64,000 bases of DNA from an uncultured Gemmatimonadales bacterium. GTDB taxonomy: Bacteria > Gemmatimonadota > Gemmatimonadetes > Gemmatimonadales > GWC2-71-9. Within the stretch, counting starts at the first letter, position 1. The number at the start of each line of letters is the position of its first letter. Positions 58,946 to 64,000 of this stretch are shown here, piece by piece. The notes beneath the pieces are model-generated. The model was not told the DNA's origin, searched no databases, and saw only the letters and a list, made by a program, of their open reading frames with translations. The DNA lies in the NCBI GenBank assembly GCA_963728915.1, contig CAVSLV010000001.1, forward strand, positions 1,184,001-1,248,000, written 5' to 3'. The translations under genes and the position numbers were made by a program.

Positions 58946-59534
58946 ACGCGACGTCGGTGGAACCCCCGCCAAAATAGATGCGGAGCATGGGAACCAGCGA
59001 AATCCGGTTGCTGAAGATGAACCCGGCCCCGGCGTCGAGGACGCCGACGAAATCGGTGGTTCCGCCAAACCCGGTGACCGAGCTATGGCTGAAGCCCACC
59101 TGACCGCCTCCGGTCAGAATGATATTCATATTCTTGGCATTGGTCGCCAAGGGGTACCCGCCGTATAGCCCGCCCATGACGTCCAGGAAGCTGAAATCGT
59201 TCTTCTTCAGACCATACTCTGCGTTTACCACCGGGCAGATTGCGATCTTGTCGGCCAGCTTGTTGCTCAATTCCTTGCCCACCCCAGCGGTGAGTAGCAC
59301 CTGGGACCCGGCACCCCCGCCGTAGGAAATGACCCCGGCTCCGGCCCCGAGGAAGAGTCCCTCATCCTTGCCAGTGCCGATACCCCCGAGAATCGTGGTG
59401 CCGCCATCGAATTCGAGCGAACCGCCCACCTTCATTTTGCCGGAGCTCCACGGCGCCTGGCCGATACAGGCCTGGGCCTGAACCGCCGCTGGAACGGCAA
59501 CGACCGCCATCAGCAACAGGGCCACCTTACGCAT
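58911..59534 (-). CDS. Small outer-membrane beta-barrel protein (putative)
   Basis: GGAGG Shine-Dalgarno, signal peptide ending VQA-Q, alternating Gly/aromatic beta-strands. Confidence 0.65.
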   Translation of the reverse strand: MRKVALLLMAVVAVPAAVQAQACIGQAPWSSGKMKVGGSLEFDGGTTILGGIGTGKDEGLFLGAGAGVISYGGGAGSQVLLTAGVGKELSNKLADKIAICPVVNAEYGLKKNDFSFLDVMGGLYGGYPLATNAKNMNIILTGGGQVGFSHSSVTGFGGTTDFVGVLDAGAGFIFSNRISLVPMLRIYFGGGSTDVAFNARVNVAVGK

Positions 59535-59647
59535 ACGTAATGCCTCCGTCAAAGAGAAGGAAAGCGCACTCGGGACCGCCCAGGAATCCGGACCAATCTA
59601 CCGTAAGATCCGTGATTCCGCGCCCCCATATTCCCTCTATGCGTAGA

Positions 59648-59676
59648 TTGACCCTTCCGACCGTCGTTCCTATGTT
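59648..59676 (+). promoter_or_regulatory. Putative sigma70 promoter of the A-type carrier gene
   Basis: TTGACC-17 bp-TATGTT. Confidence 0.6.
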
Positions 59677-59709
59677 TAGAGGGCACTCTCTTTGCAGGGG
59701 AACCTCAGC

Positions 59710-60078
59710 ATGACAACCACAGGCCAGGAAACCCAGACCGCCGGCATCCAGGTGAACCTTACGCCGCGGGCGGTCGAGGAAGTCCTCAAATTCATGGAAG
59801 CCGAAAAGGTTCAGCCCGATGTGGCGGGGCTGCGGGTGAGCGTGCTCCCGGGCGGGTGCTCAGGGTTCAAGTACAGCCTCAACATCGAAGAGCAGGCGCT
59901 CGAGGACGACTACGTGGTCCCGGTCGACCGGGTCCGGGTCTTCGTCGATGGGTTCAGCCTCCAGTACCTGAACGGCGTCACGATCGATTACGCCTCCTCC
60001 ATGCAGGGATCCGGGTTCACCTTCACCAATCCGAACGCCACCGGCGGCTGCGGCTGTGGAAGCAGCTTCAACGCCTAG
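59710..60078 (+). CDS. A-type Fe-S carrier (IscA/ErpA/HesB family)
   Basis: GGCSGFKY, IDY, F.F.NPNATGGCGCGSSF. Confidence 0.95.
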   Translation: MTTTGQETQTAGIQVNLTPRAVEEVLKFMEAEKVQPDVAGLRVSVLPGGCSGFKYSLNIEEQALEDDYVVPVDRVRVFVDGFSLQYLNGVTIDYASSMQGSGFTFTNPNATGGCGCGSSFNA

Positions 60079-60099
60079 CTGATTCCCCGCTTGTCCTCG

Positions 60100-60130
60100 A
60101 AAGCCCGCCGGGTCCGCTCGGCGGGCTTTT
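60100..60130 (+). terminator. Intrinsic terminator
   Basis: AAAGCCCGCCGG-loop-TCGGCGGGCTTTT. Confidence 0.85.
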
Positions 60131-60171
60131 GACTATTCTTCCCCGCTTCATCCTCACTTCACCAGGTCACG

Positions 60172-61650
60172 GTGCGCGGGATCGATCTCGCGGTCATTCT
60201 GATCTATTTCGCGGCGACCATGGGGATCGGCCTCTGGGTCACCCGCGCTCAGCGCACCGTCGGCGACTACTTCCTCGGGGCGCGGGACCTGCCGGCCTGG
60301 AGCATCCTGCTGTCGATCGTTGCGACCGAGACCTCGGCCCTGACGGTCATCTCCATCCCCGGCGTGGGTGCCCGGGGCGACCTGACCTTTCTCCAGCTCG
60401 CCTTCGGATACCTGGCAGGACGCATCCTCGTCGCGCGATGGTTGCTCCCGGGTTACTTCACGGGACACCAGGAGACCGCCTACACCCGGCTCGAGTCGCG
60501 ATTCGGACCGGGGACCCGACGGGTCGTTTCGGCCTGCTTCCTGGTCACCCGATTCCTCGGCGACGGGGTCCGCATCTTCGCCGGGGCAATCCCCCTGGCC
60601 CTGGTCACCGGATGGAAGATCCCCTCGGCGATTCTCGCAATGGGGGTCGTCACGCTGGTGTACACCTACCTCGGGGGACTCAAGGCGGTGGTGTGGGCCG
60701 ATGTGATCCAGCTCGGGGTCTATCTCACCGGGGGCGTGGTCGCCCTGGGCATCGCGGCGGGCCTCGCGGGTGGATTCCCGCACGCGCTCGATCTGGCGGG
60801 CGCGGCCGGGAAGCTCCGGGTCTTCAACCCTTCGCTCTCGCTCTCGGCTCCCTACACCATTCTCGGCGGGCTGGTTGGCGGCGCCATGCTTTCGGCGGCG
60901 TCCCATGGAACCGACCACCTCATCGTGCAGCGACTCCTGGCCACGCGCTCGCTCAAAGATGCCCGCCGGGCCCTGGTCGGCTCCGGGATCGTGGTGATCG
61001 CGCAGTTCCTGCTCTTCCTCCTGGTCGGGGTGGTCATCTGGTCGGCGGGCCTCGCCCCGGCGGGGATCCCCGGCGATCAGGTCTTCCCTCGCTTCATCAT
61101 CACCTATCTCCCGGCGGGGCTGGCGGGGCTCTTGATCGCCGGGATCCTGGCCGCGGCGATGAGCACCATCAGCTCCTCGATCAACGCACTGGCATCGTCC
61201 GTCACCCACGACTTCTACGCCTCGCTGACCGGACGGCGGGAGCCGGCCCATCTCCTGACGGTGGGGCGGGCATTTTCCGCGTTGTGGGGGGTCGGGCTGG
61301 TCGCTGCGGCGCTCGGTTTCTATCGCTACGCGAGCGGAACCGATACGCCGGTGGTCGTCCTGGCGCTCTCGATTGCATCGGTCACCTATGGGGCCCTGCT
61401 CGGTACGTATATCCTTGCCGGCCGATGGCCCCGCGCTTCGGGACGGGATGCCGTCACCGCGACCATGGTGACCCTCGTCTGCATGCTGGCGGTGGTCTTC
61501 GCCCGACCGCTCAGCTCGGCGCCAGGGCTTGGCTGGCTCCGGCCGGTGGGCGATCTGGCCTGGCCCTGGTACGTTCCACTGGGAACCCTGATCACGGTGA
61601 TCACGGGAATCGGATCGAGTCTGGTGGGAGGATCGCGGGTTAGGACATGA
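60172..61650 (+). CDS. Sodium:solute symporter (SLC5)
   Basis: DYFLGAR, SIVATETSALT.ISIPG, GGLKAVVWADVIQ, GTDH..VQRLL, AAAMSTISSSINALAS. Confidence 0.93.
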   Translation: MRGIDLAVILIYFAATMGIGLWVTRAQRTVGDYFLGARDLPAWSILLSIVATETSALTVISIPGVGARGDLTFLQLAFGYLAGRILVARWLLPGYFTGHQETAYTRLESRFGPGTRRVVSACFLVTRFLGDGVRIFAGAIPLALVTGWKIPSAILAMGVVTLVYTYLGGLKAVVWADVIQLGVYLTGGVVALGIAAGLAGGFPHALDLAGAAGKLRVFNPSLSLSAPYTILGGLVGGAMLSAASHGTDHLIVQRLLATRSLKDARRALVGSGIVVIAQFLLFLLVGVVIWSAGLAPAGIPGDQVFPRFIITYLPAGLAGLLIAGILAAAMSTISSSINALASSVTHDFYASLTGRREPAHLLTVGRAFSALWGVGLVAAALGFYRYASGTDTPVVVLALSIASVTYGALLGTYILAGRWPRASGRDAVTATMVTLVCMLAVVFARPLSSAPGLGWLRPVGDLAWPWYVPLGTLITVITGIGSSLVGGSRVRT

Positions 61651-62567
61651 GTATCCTGCTTGGCATCGATGCCGGAGGGACCCGGACCACGGTCCTCCTT
61701 GCCGACGGCGACCGGATCGTCGCACGGGCGGTGGGGGGACCCGGGGCCGTGCGCCCGGGACGGGCCCTGGCTGCCTCAGCCCGGATCGCGGAGACGGCCC
61801 GGCGCGCCCTGACCGCGGCGCGGTTGCTCCACGCGGACGTCCTGGTGATCGGCGCTGCGGGCGCGGGACGCGACCCGGAACGAGCCGAGCTCCGCGACGG
61901 ACTTCGCGGCGAGCGGCTCGCCGAGCGGGTCACCGTTCTGGGCGATCTCGACATCGCGCTGGAAGCCGCGTTCGGGGCGGGACCCGGAATTGTCCTCGTT
62001 TCGGGGACCGGAAGCGTCGCGATCGGACGAACCTCCGATGGTAAAGTCCATCGCTCCGGCGGGTACGGGTGGCAGATGGGCGATGAAGGGGGCGGCTTCG
62101 CGATCGGGCGGTCGGGGCTCATCGCGGCTGGCCGAGCCCAGGACGGCAGAGGCGAGGCAACCGAGCTCACGGGGGCGCTGCTCGCCGCCACACCGGCATC
62201 CACGTTTGAAGAGCTGGTTCGCTGGACCTTGCTCGCCGATCCCACCGAAATCGCGGCGCTGGCTCCGGTGGTGTTCCAGGTCGCCGGCTCTGGTGACCGG
62301 GTCGCCCGGGACATCGTGCATGCCGCCGCGGAGGACCTGGCCACGCTGGCGAGCTCCCTGTTGCACGGGTTCGGGCCGCGAAAAGCGGTGTCGCTCGCGC
62401 TGGCGGGGGGGAACCTGCTTCCGGATCGGGGACTGCGAAAGCCGCTACTTGATCTCCTCAAGAAAACCGCGCGGCTTCAGGTGCGCGAGGAGACCATCGA
62501 GCCCGCGGAGGGGGCGTTGGCGATCGCAAGGCGGACCGGCGGACCGGCGGACGGGCGGAAAGGCTAG
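61647..62567 (+). CDS. BadF/BadG/BcrA/BcrD family amino-sugar kinase (GlcNAc/MurNAc kinase-like)
   Basis: GIDAGGTRT, G.AGAG, VSGTGS, GGYGW.MGDEGG, AGG. Confidence 0.88.
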   Translation: MSILLGIDAGGTRTTVLLADGDRIVARAVGGPGAVRPGRALAASARIAETARRALTAARLLHADVLVIGAAGAGRDPERAELRDGLRGERLAERVTVLGDLDIALEAAFGAGPGIVLVSGTGSVAIGRTSDGKVHRSGGYGWQMGDEGGGFAIGRSGLIAAGRAQDGRGEATELTGALLAATPASTFEELVRWTLLADPTEIAALAPVVFQVAGSGDRVARDIVHAAAEDLATLASSLLHGFGPRKAVSLALAGGNLLPDRGLRKPLLDLLKKTARLQVREETIEPAEGALAIARRTGGPADGRKG

Positions 62568-62606
62568 CGCAGAACCGTCGGACTACTGCCGGTCCGCCGG
62601 TCCGCT
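62530..62606. repeat. Octamer-tandem palindrome spanning two convergent stop codons
   Basis: GGCGGACC GGCGGACC GGCGGACG GGCGGAAA ... GGTCCGCC GGTCCGCT. Confidence 0.8.
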
Positions 62607-64000
62607 CTTCGCCAGCCTGCTGTGCCGGCTCCCATAGAGGAAGTAGATCACCAGGCCGACCAGCAGCCAGATGCCGAATCGCTTCCAGGTAATACCGGGC
62701 AGCTCGTACATCAGGTAGAGGCAGGCCGCCACCGAGATCAGCGGAGTCCACGGGGCGCCCGGCACCCGGAAGGGCCTGGGCCGATCGGGATCCTTGACCC
62801 GCAGCACGATCACGCCGATCGAAACCAGAACGAACGCGAACAGGGTACCGATGTTGGTGAGGTCCACCACCTCCGCGATGTTGGCGAAGGCGGCGAACAC
62901 TGCCACGAAGACCCCGGTGAGAATGGTTCCGACATACGGAGTCCGGAACCTGGGATGCACTTTGGCCATTACCGGCGGGAGCAACCCGTCTCTCGACATC
63001 GAGAAGAAAATCCGGGGCTGGCCGAGCTGGAACACCAGGAGCACGCTTCCCATCGCCACCACGGCGCCGAGCGAGATGATGAACCGGGACGCATTGATGA
63101 GAATGGGGGGACCATTGGCCTGGGCCAGCGCGGTGATCATCGGTTCCGGAGTCCCGAGCGTGCGCCAGGGGGCGATGCCGGTCATCACCACCGCGAGCGC
63201 AATATACAGAACGGTGGTGATCACCAGGCTCATGATGATCCCGAACGGCATGTCTTTCTTCGGATCCCGGGCTTCTTCGGAAGCGGTGCTCACCGCGTCG
63301 AATCCGATATAGCTGAAGAAGATGATGGCGGCACCCGCGCTGATGCCAGCGAAGCCGTTCGGGGCAAAGCCTCCCTGGGCTGGATCGGTCCAGTTGCCGG
63401 GGCGAATGAAGAAGGCCCCCACGCCGACGAAGAACAGCAGGATCCCGATCTTGAGCAACACCATGGCGTTGTTGGCGTTTGCCGACTCGCGAACCCCGAT
63501 GACGAGGATCACGGTGATCACCGCCACCGAGAGGAAAGCCGGCAGGTTCGCGATGATCGGAATCCCGAACACGGTGGGCGCCGTGGTCAGGGCGGAGGCG
63601 AGATACTGGCTGCTGGGATCGGTGGCCCCGCCGGCAATCGCCGCCGCGGCCATGTGCGCGGAACGCGGATCGGTGGCAAGCCAGGCGGGAAGATCGAGTC
63701 CGAAATGGCTGATCAGCTCCCGGAAGTAGCCCGACCATCCGATCGCCACGCCGATGTTCCCGACCGCGTATTCGATGATGAGATCCCAGCCGATGATCCA
63801 CGCGACCAGCTCGCCGAGGGAAGCATAGGCGTAGGTATACGCCGACCCGGAGACCGGCACCATCGCGGCGAACTCGGCGTAGCAGAGAGCGGCGAACCCG
63901 CAGGCGACCGCCGTCAGCAGGAACGAGAGCACGATGGCGGGTCCGGCGCCGGGCCGGGCCGGGTCTCCCACGATGGCGGTGCCCGTGGCGACGAAAATCC
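62583..64000 (-). CDS. APC family amino acid permease (5' end beyond the window)
   Basis: GIFVATG, AGPAIVLSF, CYAEFAAMVPVSGSAYTY, FSYIGFDAVST, PRIFFSMSRDGLLP. Confidence 0.94.
   Translation of the reverse strand, partial: IFVATGTAIVGDPARPGAGPAIVLSFLLTAVACGFAALCYAEFAAMVPVSGSAYTYAYASLGELVAWIIGWDLIIEYAVGNIGVAIGWSGYFRELISHFGLDLPAWLATDPRSAHMAAAAIAGGATDPSSQYLASALTTAPTVFGIPIIANLPAFLSVAVITVILVIGVRESANANNAMVLLKIGILLFFVGVGAFFIRPGNWTDPAQGGFAPNGFAGISAGAAIIFFSYIGFDAVSTASEEARDPKKDMPFGIIMSLVITTVLYIALAVVMTGIAPWRTLGTPEPMITALAQANGPPILINASRFIISLGAVVAMGSVLLVFQLGQPRIFFSMSRDGLLPPVMAKVHPRFRTPYVGTILTGVFVAVFAAFANIAEVVDLTNIGTLFAFVLVSIGVIVLRVKDPDRPRPFRVPGAPWTPLISVAACLYLMYELPGITWKRFGIWLLVGLVIYFLYGSRHSRLAKSGPADRQ

Overview
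GC-rich bacterial chromosome segment, most likely Gemmatimonadota (inferred from gene content and order, not from a search). It is mostly core genes on the minus strand. From left to right: ssb (partial), rimI-tsaB-tsaE-uvrB, rel, radC, a ~17.5 kb tightly coupled run from gmd to secA (nucleotide-sugar genes mixed with carB, murB, bamD, nadD), rpmB, a stand-alone alpha operon (rpmJ to rplQ), pyrF/pyrD, an amidase, smpB, tRNA-Leu(CAG), moeZ/Rrf2, aspA, trxB, an E2 acyltransferase, a membrane pyrophosphatase, an HK/RR pair divergent from DUF1328-DUF892 stress genes, an ino1/CDP-alcohol phosphatidyltransferase operon and a peptidoglycan-recycling cluster. No CRISPR array, integrase or transposase is visible. 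Signals the gene list does not explain: (1) a dispersed family of hairpins built from tandem 8-mers, found between genes and inside coding sequences; (2) a ~115-nt structured RNA running from a promoter to a terminator, with a competing antiterminator, upstream of DUF1328-DUF892, mirrored by a terminator upstream of the divergent kinase; (3) an expanded family of secreted carboxypeptidase-regulatory-like + TonB-plug proteins with no beta-barrel, one copy decayed; (4) two genes that seem to need ATT or CTG start codons.
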